Origin: an uncultured virus (IMG/VR IMGVR_UViG_3300046523_000170)
Lineage: Duplodnaviria > Heunggongvirae > Uroviricota > Caudoviricetes
Length of the DNA: 64,000 nt
Strand: one strand, 5' to 3'
IMG/VR virus record: IMGVR_UViG_3300046523_000170
The notes beneath the pieces were generated by a model that saw only the letters and a program-made list of their open reading frames with translations, searched no databases and was not told where the DNA came from. Made by a program: the position numbers and the translations under genes. Below are positions 1-9,245 of this stretch, in pieces; position 1 is the first letter of the stretch; each line of letters starts with the position of its first letter.

Positions 1-77
1 GCCCGCTCAGCCGCTGCTCAGCGGACGACGCGAAGCCTGCCTGCCGAGCAACGATTTATGTATAATGCGGTTCCCCA

Positions 78-167
78 GGAAGCGTGGCCGAGTGGTTGAA
101 GGCAGCAGTCTTGAAAACTGCCGACGGTGTGAGCCGTTCGTGAGTTCGAATCTCACCGCTTCCGCCA
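78..167 (+). tRNA. tRNA-Ser, anticodon TGA
   Basis: GGAAGCG/CGCTTCC acceptor stem, GCAGT-CTTGAAA-ACTGC anticodon arm, long variable arm, GTTCGAATC T-loop, encoded CCA; TATAAT at 61-66 upstream. Confidence 0.97.
107..167 (+). repeat. attL (tRNA 3' portion)
   Basis: AGTCTTGAAAACTGCCGACGG-N6-CCGTTCGTGAGTTCGAATCTCACCGCTTCCGCCA is repeated at 61116..61176. Confidence 0.95.
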
Positions 168-179
168 GATTTCAATGAT

Positions 180-206
180 AAGCCCTTGTAACCCAAGGGC
201 TTTTTC
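180..206 (+). terminator. Intrinsic terminator after tRNA
   Basis: AAGCCCTTG-taacc-CAAGGGCTT followed by T tract. Confidence 0.85.
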
Positions 207-265
207 ATTTCCAATGCATGCCAGAATGGGTGGCGGCGCTCACGGTTTCTGCCTAATTCGAAGGC

Positions 266-289
266 AGTTGCGGAAACGATTTCCGCAAC
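266..289. promoter_or_regulatory. Putative integrase arm-type sites
   Basis: Inverted repeat GTTGCGGAAA..TTTCCGCAAC; the 17-mer AGTTGCGGAAACGATTT recurs inverted at 60996..61012 near attR. Confidence 0.6.
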
Positions 290-294
290 CCTTG

Positions 295-1353
295 TCACTT
301 TGTTGGCTTGACCGACTCGCCGGCGCGCCGATAAACTCGCTTCGTGAGCGCCTTGTCGGTGTGCCCAAGAAGATCACTCGCGTCCTGTAGGTTTGCCATT
401 TCGCTTGCTGCTTTTGGGCGAATGTCGCGGAACTGGAAGGCCTTGATGCGGGCAACCAGGTCGGCGCTGCGGTCTTTCTCAGCCTTCGCCGCCGCGGCGA
501 TCCGTGCTGCGTCGAACCGATCGCGCAGCATCTTCTGCGTCAGCGGCTTCCCCTGCTCGGTGCAAACAAGCTCACCGCTCATCGATTTCACCGGCCGCGC
601 CATCAGGCGATCAACGCACGCCCCAAGCTGGGTAGGCTCGCCATCAACGTGCAGACGAATCCTTAATGCGTGCTTCGTCTTGTTCTGCAGAACGTGGAGT
701 TCATCATTCCGGATGTCCAGCTTGCTCATCTTCAGGACGTCCGCCGGCCGCTGGCCCGACAGATACGCCAAGTCCATCGCGTCGCGCAGCGCCTGGCTGC
801 CTGCCGCATGTACGGCATCCCACACATCCGCCTCGGCGTAGTAGGCCCGCGGCGCCTCCTTGTTCTTCCGGATGCCGCGGCATGGATTGTCCCGCTTCGT
901 GAAACCCCACTCGCGCGCCATATTGAAGACGTGTGAGAGCAGGGCGATCTCACGGTTGGCCCGGACCGGTGCCGTCCTGGCGTCGCGATAGCGAGCGATG
1001 TCCTGCGGCGTGATTCGCTCGATGGGCGCCTTGTTGAATGCCGGCCGCAACTGAGCCAGGCACAGCCTATTTTCGCGCTGCGTCGACGGCTTCTTCTTCG
1101 GCAGAATGTCTCGCTCGTACTGGTCGAAGGCGTATTTCATGAGGGACGCATCAGGCGGCACCTCGGCGCACTCAAGCTCGGCCCACTTCCGCTTTGCCCC
1201 CACCAGGTCCGTCCCGAGCGGAATCTCCTTACGCTTGCCGGCGTCGTCCCGGCCGTTGTAGTAGTAGCCGACCCAGACCTCTCCGGACTTCAGCTTCCTT
1301 TTCCGCTCGAGCATGCGGGGCGGTAGTTTTCGTCCGCTTGTCTTCGGTCGCAT
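295..1353 (-). CDS. int: Tyrosine recombinase / phage integrase
   Basis: LSGQRPADVL (catalytic R), FRDIRPKAAS, LLGH and C-terminal Y (KRVYRR); adjacent to att. Confidence 0.95.
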   Translation of the reverse strand: MRPKTSGRKLPPRMLERKRKLKSGEVWVGYYYNGRDDAGKRKEIPLGTDLVGAKRKWAELECAEVPPDASLMKYAFDQYERDILPKKKPSTQRENRLCLAQLRPAFNKAPIERITPQDIARYRDARTAPVRANREIALLSHVFNMAREWGFTKRDNPCRGIRKNKEAPRAYYAEADVWDAVHAAGSQALRDAMDLAYLSGQRPADVLKMSKLDIRNDELHVLQNKTKHALRIRLHVDGEPTQLGACVDRLMARPVKSMSGELVCTEQGKPLTQKMLRDRFDAARIAAAAKAEKDRSADLVARIKAFQFRDIRPKAASEMANLQDASDLLGHTDKALTKRVYRRAGESVKPTK

Positions 1354-1363
1354 TGCGTGCCTG

Positions 1364-1621
1364 TTATCGGATGTTGGATACGTCCAGCTGCCAGCCTGCT
1401 GCCTCCGGCGCAGCCAGGGTCGCCGGGTTGATGCCAGCGAGCTTCAGTCTAGCGTACAGGCGGCCGATGATCGGCGCGCCTGCGCGGTTTTTGAAGAAGA
1501 CCCATTCGTTCCGCTTGAGCCACTCGATCTGGTCGCTAGCCCGGCTGCAGCCGGAGATCTTGTTAATCTCGTCGGGCTCAAGCGTCTCCGATGGCAGGGG
1601 TAGTTCGAACATTGCACTCAT
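1364..1621 (-). CDS. Probable excisionase (DUF4224-like)
   Basis: Small ORF starting MSAMFELP directly upstream of int, with the LEPDEINKISG..QIEWLKRN..FFKNRAGAPII pattern. Confidence 0.75.
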   Translation of the reverse strand: MSAMFELPLPSETLEPDEINKISGCSRASDQIEWLKRNEWVFFKNRAGAPIIGRLYARLKLAGINPATLAAPEAAGWQLDVSNIR

Positions 1622-1768
1622 CGTTTTCTTTCCTTCTGCCGGCCTATGCCGACTCCTTATCCACCGCTCGGGCCCGCCGATCCCAGCCGCGGCGCCGCTC
1701 GCGCAAAATCCATTCGGCCAGGCGCCGCCAGAAGCTCGGGCCGCGCCGGCGGTCATCGCGCCTGAGAT

Positions 1769-2137
1769 TCATGCCGGCTTCCCGGCTTTGGTGTGCGAAC
1801 CAATAGCTGCATCGATGGCCTCGTCTACGGTTTCGGGCGCGAACTTCACGCCCTTGAATGCTTGCCCGACCGATAGATAAAACGCGCAGATTCCTGGCTC
1901 GCTCTTGTCGCGCAACCAGCGATACCGATCTGCCTCGGCGCCCAGGCGCTCGACTTCGGCGCGGATTTCGTCGCGCTCGCGCTCCAGTTGGCGAGCGAGC
2001 GGCGCCAAGTGCTGATGCACTTCCACGTAGTACTCCTTGCTGTCGCGCGGGAATCGCGCCATCACTTCTGCAATGCACGCTTCAACGCGGGGCGCCGCCA
2101 ATTCCCGCGCTTTCATCTTTTCAACGTCGAGTGTCAT
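1769..2137 (-). CDS. Phage hypothetical protein (A-x-RYRWLR motif)
   Basis: Overlapping operon structure; ADRYRWLRD and VDEAIDAAI are typical of early-left accessory proteins. Confidence 0.7.
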   Translation of the reverse strand: MTLDVEKMKARELAAPRVEACIAEVMARFPRDSKEYYVEVHQHLAPLARQLERERDEIRAEVERLGAEADRYRWLRDKSEPGICAFYLSVGQAFKGVKFAPETVDEAIDAAIGSHTKAGKPA

Positions 2138-2391
2138 TTCGGCATCGCTCCCCGAATGCTGGTTGTGAACAGAATGTTTTGCGCCTTCGCGTCGCCGCGA
2201 TCAATCTTGGCTTTCAGACTCGCCGCTGCATCGCACAGGCGGTTATATGCCTCGACCGTCCCGAGCTGCGTTTCCAGGTCCCTCATCGAGCCGAGCAGCC
2301 CATAATCGCAGGGTCGCATCAGGTGCTTTGGCGGCTCGCGGTCGGTCGTCATCTGCGCCGGGAATGCGCGAACATCGGATTTGTCGCTCAT
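2134..2391 (-). CDS. Hypothetical protein
   Basis: ATGA overlap with the next gene, co-oriented. Confidence 0.65.
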   Translation of the reverse strand: MSDKSDVRAFPAQMTTDREPPKHLMRPCDYGLLGSMRDLETQLGTVEAYNRLCDAAASLKAKIDRGDAKAQNILFTTSIRGAMPK

Positions 2392-2470
2392 TTCTTCGAT
2401 TCCTCGTGTTTAGCCGCCTCAGGCGGCATCCAGATCATCAGACATGCTAGCCACCAGGCAATAACGGGGT

Positions 2471-2878
2471 TCACGCGATCTCCTTGGCGGCAAGCTGTTC
2501 GAAGTGGAAAACCACAGGCTTCGGCGTTTCCATCAACAGGCCGAAGCGCCGCGCATGCCGGTAGGTAGGCTGATTGTTCGCCAGCACCTCCAGGGCGCGC
2601 GAAAGCTTCACGCGCCAGCCTTCCAGCGACATTGCGTGCTTGTCGATGTTGCAGGGCGGGCAGGACGGCATCAGATTGGCGATCATGTCGTTCTCTGGCC
2701 GGTACAGTTCGCCGGTCGGCACGAAGCCCTTGCCGCGCACGTGCTGTAACTTGCGCTCGACCGGTTCGAAGTGGTCGGCGTGCCAGCGGTCGCCAAGCGG
2801 TTGCCCGCAGTAGGCGCACAGGCCGTCGAACTTCTCGCGCAGCTCCGCGCGCTGCGCTTTCGTCAGTCGAAGGGCCAT
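2471..2878 (-). CDS. HNH endonuclease (copy 1)
   Basis: CAYCG..ADH..NLMPSCPPCNIDK. Confidence 0.88.
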   Translation of the reverse strand: MALRLTKAQRAELREKFDGLCAYCGQPLGDRWHADHFEPVERKLQHVRGKGFVPTGELYRPENDMIANLMPSCPPCNIDKHAMSLEGWRVKLSRALEVLANNQPTYRHARRFGLLMETPKPVVFHFEQLAAKEIA

Positions 2879-2879
2879 G

Positions 2880-3185
2880 TCATGCCTCCTTGGTGGCGAT
2901 AAGTCCGGCTACTTCCTCGGGCCGGTAGCGTTCTAGGCTCAATTGGACCTCGATCCCTTTGCCCGGCGCTTTCTCGCCCGCTTTTTTAACGGCGCGGCAC
3001 ACGTAGTCGACAGCTTTCTGGTGATCCTCCTCCACGAACCAGGCGACGTTCGCCCAGCTGACGTTGACGGTCCAGAGTTTGACCCAGCCGGATTCGCGGA
3101 TCTTGGTGATGCGCTCGTTTGCCATCTCGACCAGGCGCTTAAGCTGGTCTTCGTCGCAGCCTGCGATATAGTCAGCGTGGCTCAT
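2880..3185 (-). CDS. Hypothetical protein
   Basis: Tightly packed in the leftward operon. Confidence 0.7.
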   Translation of the reverse strand: MSHADYIAGCDEDQLKRLVEMANERITKIRESGWVKLWTVNVSWANVAWFVEEDHQKAVDYVCRAVKKAGEKAPGKGIEVQLSLERYRPEEVAGLIATKEA

Positions 3186-4167
3186 TGGCTTCCTCTCTTC
3201 CAGTATTGGTAGGTGTAGGGGCGGCAGCGAGAACCTCGACGCACTTGTGGTTGCTGGAGCCGGACATCACCATCGCCGTGATAAAGTAGAAGTTCCTGCC
3301 CTTGTCGTAAATGACCTCTTCTTTGGCGGTGCCGGGATGCAGGATCAGCTTGGCGCGCTCGTTGTAGGCCTTGTCACCGATCTTGAAGCGCAGCTTGTCG
3401 CCCTTGCGCACTTGACCCGGCTCGGTCACAGGTTGCCACTCGCGTGAGCGCGGTGCTTCTGCAACTAGCTCTGCCTCTGCTGGCGCCGACGCTGTTCTAG
3501 CAGTGCGACCGTCGATGTAGGCGATGAGGGCTCTCATAGCTTTCTGGATGGAAGCTACGGCTCCGCCCCTGGATGCCTCGTCAAAGGCCAGCAGCAGGCG
3601 ATGAAATTCCTTGTCATCGCCGATGCTCTGCACCGGCCCGCGCTCGATCTCCTGCCCGATGTCGACCAACTCCTGAAGCCGCAAGGCTTTTTCTGCATCC
3701 TTGCGCGCGTTCTCGCTGCCGATAAAGGCGGCGCGGGACTGTTCTAGCTCGCGCTCCAGGTGGTGGATGCGGTCGGCCTGCTGGCGGTTCTCCATGCGCA
3801 GCGACAGATTCTCAGCCGCCTCGCGGCCCAGTCTTTCCGAGAGTTCCGCGTGAGCGATGCTCAGACCGGGCGGCAGCAGTTCTTGACCCATAGGGGCAGC
3901 CACCTCATACGTCATGGCAAAGATTTCAGGCTTGCATGGGTAGATCTCGCCCTTTACGCCGCGAATGATCCAGTCGCCGGGTTGCGCGCGCATGCGGCCT
4001 TCCAGTGTCTCGATGAGGATGTCGTCCTCCCAGCGCATCACCATGCCCGGCTGACCTGGAGTGATGTGCATCGCGTCGATGAACCATTGCGGTGGTGTGC
4101 TTTCGAACTTCGTTCCCGGCCACTGGACAGCTTCGATCACGACTGGTTTTTTGCGGTATTGGCTCAC
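3172..4167 (-). CDS. Mosaic phage protein with N-terminal YRKKPVVIEA / PGDWII domain
   Basis: IETLEG..PGDWIIRGVKGEIYPCKP is a common phage domain, followed by coiled coil and an unrelated C-terminus. Confidence 0.78.
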   Translation of the reverse strand: MSQYRKKPVVIEAVQWPGTKFESTPPQWFIDAMHITPGQPGMVMRWEDDILIETLEGRMRAQPGDWIIRGVKGEIYPCKPEIFAMTYEVAAPMGQELLPPGLSIAHAELSERLGREAAENLSLRMENRQQADRIHHLERELEQSRAAFIGSENARKDAEKALRLQELVDIGQEIERGPVQSIGDDKEFHRLLLAFDEASRGGAVASIQKAMRALIAYIDGRTARTASAPAEAELVAEAPRSREWQPVTEPGQVRKGDKLRFKIGDKAYNERAKLILHPGTAKEEVIYDKGRNFYFITAMVMSGSSNHKCVEVLAAAPTPTNTGREEANEPR

Positions 4168-5732
4168 TTCTTCTCCCCCTGTGCAGTTATAGAGGCGATT
4201 GCAGCGCGGGCTTCGTCAACGGCATCGCGTGCGGTCTTGTGTTTCATGGCGAATGTCTGGCCGGTCACGATGTCCCAGACTGCCCATCCGGTCGATGTAA
4301 AGCCTATGTTCATGTTCGTATTTGCAAGCAGCCAATCCAGCCGCTCGGTGTCCGCGCCAGCATGCGCTGCCTGTGCTGCACGGGATTTTTTGAACAGGTA
4401 CTCGATCATCATGGCGGCGTCGAGCAACAGGCTGCCAGTCATCTTGCTTACGCAGTCGGCTTGGTCGCGCATCCGCTCCACCAATTCGGCCGCATCTCCG
4501 GACAGTGGTGCCTGGGTTGCGCCTTGCTGGGCATGGCGGTTGGCGGGCGTGGCGTGATAAAACCCGTTCAGCGCATTTGCGACGAAGACGGCCTCGGCAG
4601 GCAAATAGGTCTGCGCCAAGAGTCCGCCGTGGGCGCGCTCCACCCGATTGCCGTTCGCGACGTACCATACGGCCGGTGCAGCTTCCTGGCTGGGTGCTGT
4701 GGCGCGAACCTTGTTGGCGATGATGTACGCCGAGTGGAACTCGGCTTCCGCTTGGCCAAGCGCGAAATTCTCCTTGAGGTATTCGGTCAGCACCTCCCCG
4801 CTCGCGCTTGCCGTGGTGGCCGCAGGGGTGGCGCGGCGTTTGCAGGCATCGCCGGGACCGTAATCGCGCATGGCGCAGTTCGGGGAGCCGCAATTCTGGT
4901 GCACGTCGGGCGGCATGTCGCAGGCAGGGCGCTCGTCGCCCGCTCCTGCCTGCTGGGTGGCCGGTGCTGCCCGTGTTCTTACCAGCAGCTTACGCAGCAG
5001 ATCGGTTGTGACATAGTTCAAGCCGTTCTTTTCAGCTTCATCTACCGCCAGCGCGATGACATCCCATGCAGGCGCTTCGGGCGCGGCTACTCGCTCACCA
5101 CGATTCCACAGCATCATGGCGAAGTTGCCGATGTCTACCGGATCGCCTTTTGCCAGGTGTTCGATGAGCATGCCTTGCAGGCGCTCGGTCGGGCAGTCTT
5201 CAGGGGCGTGCCATCCGCTGCGCCCCTTGGCCCGGCTCGCCGCCATTTTGGCCTTCATGGCATTAGCGAACAGATCGACGGCAGCGTCGTCGCCATAGGC
5301 CACGTACAGGCCGTGTTCCGGCTCGGTCGGTGCTTCGGGCGCGGCTTGGCGGGTTCTGTATTGCTCAGGGTACGCAACAAAGTGCGCAACAGCTACGTAT
5401 TCATCCGGCATCGAAATGGAGTTCGCGCCGTTTTCAATTGCCACCGCCATAGCATCCGCGAGGGTCTTAGAAATTGCGCCCATCGGGATCGCCTGCTCGG
5501 TGACGCGCGGCAGGGCGCGGCGGGCTTGAGCGATCAGCGTGCGAATTGCGTCCGGGCTGCATGCCTCGATCAACTCTACCGCCTTCTCATCGCTGATGCC
5601 GTCGATGATCTGATATGTCCCGTACCAGATTGCTGGCGCCGCACACGCTACCGCCTCCATTTCGTTCAGCTCAGCGTCGCTGAACGCTTCCAGCTTGTCC
5701 AGGTCGGCTCCTGCGTTTGCTTGGTTATCCAT
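4164..5732 (-). CDS. Mosaic accessory protein (Ead/Ea22-like architecture)
   Basis: 522 aa of short domains joined by Ala/Pro/Gln linkers; contains DDAAVDLFA..KGDPVDIGNFAMML and DTERLDWL modules. Confidence 0.78.
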   Translation of the reverse strand: MDNQANAGADLDKLEAFSDAELNEMEAVACAAPAIWYGTYQIIDGISDEKAVELIEACSPDAIRTLIAQARRALPRVTEQAIPMGAISKTLADAMAVAIENGANSISMPDEYVAVAHFVAYPEQYRTRQAAPEAPTEPEHGLYVAYGDDAAVDLFANAMKAKMAASRAKGRSGWHAPEDCPTERLQGMLIEHLAKGDPVDIGNFAMMLWNRGERVAAPEAPAWDVIALAVDEAEKNGLNYVTTDLLRKLLVRTRAAPATQQAGAGDERPACDMPPDVHQNCGSPNCAMRDYGPGDACKRRATPAATTASASGEVLTEYLKENFALGQAEAEFHSAYIIANKVRATAPSQEAAPAVWYVANGNRVERAHGGLLAQTYLPAEAVFVANALNGFYHATPANRHAQQGATQAPLSGDAAELVERMRDQADCVSKMTGSLLLDAAMMIEYLFKKSRAAQAAHAGADTERLDWLLANTNMNIGFTSTGWAVWDIVTGQTFAMKHKTARDAVDEARAAIASITAQGEKK

Positions 5733-5734
5733 TT

Positions 5735-5947
5735 TTATTCTCCCGGCTCATCTTCAAACGCATCATCAAGCTCTGACAGACCATCTTCCGCATCGAGCGC
5801 TTCCATCACCTCCCGCGCGGTAGGCATTCCATTTATGTGCACAACTTTTACGACTGTTACTTCTCCATCGCGAAGTTCAGCATCGACAGTTAGCGACACA
5901 GCTAAACGAGTTGAGATGGTGATTCTTTTGCTGGCTTGGTTATCCAT
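5735..5947 (-). CDS. Hypothetical protein
   Basis: Starts MDNQAS with AAGGA RBS; acidic tail. Confidence 0.6.
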   Translation of the reverse strand: MDNQASKRITISTRLAVSLTVDAELRDGEVTVVKVVHINGMPTAREVMEALDAEDGLSELDDAFEDEPGE

Positions 5948-6131
5948 TTTGCTGTCCTTTCTTGGTCTTCTTCTCAGGTGGGCGCGTAGGGCTTTCGTCG
6001 CCGCAATACCCGCACACATATCCATTGGCATGTGGCCAGCCGCACTTCTGGCATTCCAGAATCTGTGGCGCGAAGCCGAACGCCACATCTGCCGCCGCCT
6101 TGTCGAACTGCGATTGAGTAGGTTTGCGCAT
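5940..6131 (-). CDS. Small Zn-ribbon protein
   Basis: CQKC..CGYC. Confidence 0.6.
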   Translation of the reverse strand: MRKPTQSQFDKAAADVAFGFAPQILECQKCGWPHANGYVCGYCGDESPTRPPEKKTKKGQQNG

Positions 6132-6134
6132 CGC

Positions 6135-6449
6135 TCACCCCTTCCCTGCATCGGCAGCAGCTTGTGCTGCGGGGCGCACGTTCGTGACTTGCTCAGGCGG
6201 CAGGCGCCGGATTCTGTAGCGGCTGTGCTGCTTCGCGTTGTCGATCTGCACGGCGACAGTACCGCCGTAGACGCCGCCCTCAACGCCCCAAATTGTGGCA
6301 GCCGTCGGGTTCTTCTGGCGTGCGTGCAGCAGCACGTCGCAGCGGGAGCCCTTCGGGAAGTGTTGGCGCAGGTAGTCGGCCAGCGCCTGTTCGGATTGAC
6401 GGATGGCCTGTCCAAGCTTGCGCGCCTTCTCGATGTCGAAGCGCTTCAC
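6135..6449 (-). CDS. Hypothetical protein
   Basis: Overlaps the upstream stop, co-oriented. Confidence 0.65.
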   Translation of the reverse strand: MKRFDIEKARKLGQAIRQSEQALADYLRQHFPKGSRCDVLLHARQKNPTAATIWGVEGGVYGGTVAVQIDNAKQHSRYRIRRLPPEQVTNVRPAAQAAADAGKG

Positions 6450-7744
6450 GCTGCACCTCCATTGGAGCTGGTAGCTGATCCAGTCTGGAGGGCGCGGTCG
6501 AGGCCTTGGCGGGCTGTCGCCAGATGAGCCTTGTAGAGGACGCGCATCTGCCGTGCGTTGACCGTGTCATTGCTTTCTATGCAGTCGAGCAGCGCCTCAA
6601 TGGCGACCAATTCGACATCGGTCAGCGCCTGATTGCGGATTGCCTCGGCGTTCTGTGCGCTGGCCGAGTGGCCTTCGGTGTAAGCGCGGATCATCTTGAC
6701 CGTGTAGGCCCACAGCGCATTCATGCTGCCGAAGGATGGGTAGCCAAGTTCGCCGCCACTCATCCATCCGCCGACTGCCTTGAAAGCTTCGCCAATGGTC
6801 AGGGCGTTCTGTGCGCCGGCCGGCGCGTCGCTCAGGTTGACGAGCCGGGCGAAGTCTTCGCGCAGGACCGCGCCGATGCTCCGATCTTCGCCGATGCCGT
6901 CGCAGTGGCATTCGTCCCACGACTGCGCGATTTGCTCTAACTGCGCCGCAAGGAGCGGCAGGGCGTTCTGTGCGCCGGCAGGAGCTGCCGGAGCGGCGAC
7001 ATTGCTGATCGCGAGCTTGAACGTGTCGCGACAGACTTCCGCAAGACGTTTCGGGACGATGCGTGCGGCGCTGCCATCCGGGCAGCAGTCGCGGTACTGT
7101 GCGCCAACTTCGCCAATGCTGGCGCAGTGCGGGCAGAAGCGTGCCATTTCCTCGGTCGGCTCGGCCTGAGCCTGTCTTGCGAGGTGGACGGCGTCCGGCG
7201 CAATACGTGTGAAATACGTTCTGGCGAAGAACGGCGCTTGGTATGCGCGATCAGGGAACCAGATCTTGACCTGCTCCTCCAGCGCAGCCTGTGTCAGGAC
7301 TGGCTGCTCTGCTTTCGGATGCTGGGCGAGGTGGGCGGCAATCGCAGCGCGCTCGATGGCGCGGGCGAAGTCGAGCAAGCCGGTTGCATCGAAAGTGACC
7401 GGCCCAAATAACCCGTTGCGGTTTGCCTCATGCTCTGCTGCGAGGTCGAAAATTGCCTGCTCATCCGTCAGATCGCCGGTTGGCTGCTCTACTGCGGACA
7501 GAAGACGGCGAATTGCGGCCGCAGCCTCAGCCGATACAAGCACTAGGCCGGTACCATCTTCCTCAATGCGCTCACAAAGCGCGAGAAGCCCCGACCGTTC
7601 ACGGCTCGTAATGCCGCCCTTCGCGGCACCCGCATTGCTCGACATCGGCACGGCCGGCGCACCTGGCTTATTCCAGTCGATCTTTGCGTCCGGGTGATGG
7701 TCTTCGATGCGGCGCTGCGGCTTGTTGTCGTTTTCGGGTGCCAT
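6446..7744 (-). CDS. Mosaic accessory protein
   Basis: 432 aa; repeated AGAQNA linkers and a CPHC..DCCPDG module. Confidence 0.75.
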   Translation of the reverse strand: MAPENDNKPQRRIEDHHPDAKIDWNKPGAPAVPMSSNAGAAKGGITSRERSGLLALCERIEEDGTGLVLVSAEAAAAIRRLLSAVEQPTGDLTDEQAIFDLAAEHEANRNGLFGPVTFDATGLLDFARAIERAAIAAHLAQHPKAEQPVLTQAALEEQVKIWFPDRAYQAPFFARTYFTRIAPDAVHLARQAQAEPTEEMARFCPHCASIGEVGAQYRDCCPDGSAARIVPKRLAEVCRDTFKLAISNVAAPAAPAGAQNALPLLAAQLEQIAQSWDECHCDGIGEDRSIGAVLREDFARLVNLSDAPAGAQNALTIGEAFKAVGGWMSGGELGYPSFGSMNALWAYTVKMIRAYTEGHSASAQNAEAIRNQALTDVELVAIEALLDCIESNDTVNARQMRVLYKAHLATARQGLDRALQTGSATSSNGGAA

Positions 7745-7756
7745 GGTGCTCTCCAG

Positions 7757-7942
7757 TTATTTCGTCTTGTTAGTGTTATGGGTTTCGCGCTTTGCGCCGG
7801 CGTTGATCGCATCGAGGTCGTTGTAGTACTTGCTCGATCGGCGGTTCATTCCGTAGGCTCGGGAAGCAGCGCGGTCTTCGCGCGCCTGGCGCTGCGCGGG
7901 CGTCTCGTCTGCGGGAACGCGCGGCCGCCGGATCCGGATCAT
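7757..7942 (-). CDS. Small hypothetical protein
   Basis: ATGA overlap with the rdgC stop. Confidence 0.5.
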   Translation of the reverse strand: MIRIRRPRVPADETPAQRQAREDRAASRAYGMNRRSSKYYNDLDAINAGAKRETHNTNKTK

Positions 7943-8835
7943 GGTTTGGCCTCGCCGCCAAGGGCTTCAACCAAGTCGGCAAGCAGCTTGGCCAGCTCAC
8001 CAGTCATCAGGGCGAAGTCGCTGTCAAAGCGTTCGGCAGCGTCATAGGTGGGCGCCTGGCTCTCTTTCATGATGTCGAGGGCCTTGATGCTCTTGATCGT
8101 CAGAGAATCGGCCAGGACAAAGGAGATCCGGCTGTTCCAGGTCATCGCCAAGCGCGCGCACTGCTTGCCTGCGGCGATGTGGCGGCGCATCTCTGCGGGA
8201 TCGAGGGTGTGACGCTTGTAGCCGACCTGGGCTTTGCTCTCGCCAGTGGCGCGCAATGTCGCGTCTTGGTCGACGGTGAAGCCGGCCGGCGCCTCATCCG
8301 ATTCCAGCCAAGCAGTCATCACTGCCGCCGGCGAGCGCTCAACGCGCAACGACTCGATCGGCATCTTATCGACGGCCTTGAGCAGCAGCTTGACCACATC
8401 GTCCGCCTTCGTCGGGCTCGACGTGTCGACCCCAAGCCAGCCATTGACTGGGTCGATCCACACGTTGATGTCCGAGCGGACGGAGAGGGCGCGCGGCAGC
8501 AGTTCGTCGGCCACGCGCTCGCGCAGCTCCTTCATCGCCTTTTTCCCGGGTGGGAAGCCTTGCTGCTCTTCGAGCTCCGCGGCGCGGGCGTTCGCAACCT
8601 GGTTGACAGCCTTCGCCGGCAGGATTTTCTTTTCCGTGACGAGCTTCAGTAAATATTGGCCGTTCACCTGGTGGACGAGGGCGCTATCGTCGCCGCGCGG
8701 CTTATCCCAGCCTTGGCGCAGCATTTCATTGCTCGACGCCGGCGAGAACATCTGCGGAAGCAGGGCGCTTGCCAGTTGGTCGGCAGTCATGGCCCATGGT
8801 GCGGGTAGGCGATACAGCTGCAGGTTCTTAAACAT
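7939..8835 (-). CDS. rdgC: Recombination-associated protein RdgC
   Basis: MFKNLQLYRL start, EKKILP, ELLPRAL, FDSDFALMTGEL..ALGGE end. Confidence 0.93.
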   Translation of the reverse strand: MFKNLQLYRLPAPWAMTADQLASALLPQMFSPASSNEMLRQGWDKPRGDDSALVHQVNGQYLLKLVTEKKILPAKAVNQVANARAAELEEQQGFPPGKKAMKELRERVADELLPRALSVRSDINVWIDPVNGWLGVDTSSPTKADDVVKLLLKAVDKMPIESLRVERSPAAVMTAWLESDEAPAGFTVDQDATLRATGESKAQVGYKRHTLDPAEMRRHIAAGKQCARLAMTWNSRISFVLADSLTIKSIKALDIMKESQAPTYDAAERFDSDFALMTGELAKLLADLVEALGGEAKP

Positions 8836-9245
8836 CTCTCGGATTCCTTGTTTTGTTGTCGTTATTGGGCGGAGCGGGCTACGCGCTCCAGCTGCAACTG
8901 CTCGATCTGGTCGTTGGCCAAATCGTCCAGGCGCTGCACTTCGGCCAGCAGGACCAGGTAGGCGCAGAAGCCGACGAAGAAGATGGCGAAGCGGCGGATC
9001 ACGCTGCACCCGCCCGGCTGGCCAGGATCACCGCGGTCAATGCGGCGCCGGCCACACACTCGAGCACGTAGACGAACACCCGGGACGAGATCTGGCGGCG
9101 GTTCATGTAAGCGGTCTTCATTGCGCCTCCAGAACGGTCACGCCCAGGGCGCCCTCGTCGTAGGCCGCATCCATCAGCGCATCGCGGTCGCCGATGGCGG
9201 TGTAGGTGCGGGATCCGGTTTCGTCGGTGACGGTCAAGCGGAATT

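Noticed and set aside
56..298. 80-aa ORF on the - strand
   Set aside because: Reverse-complement translation of the tRNA and its terminator
4092..6527. 811-aa ORF on the + strand
   Set aside because: Antisense shadow of well-packed minus-strand genes in GC-rich DNA; no recognisable motifs
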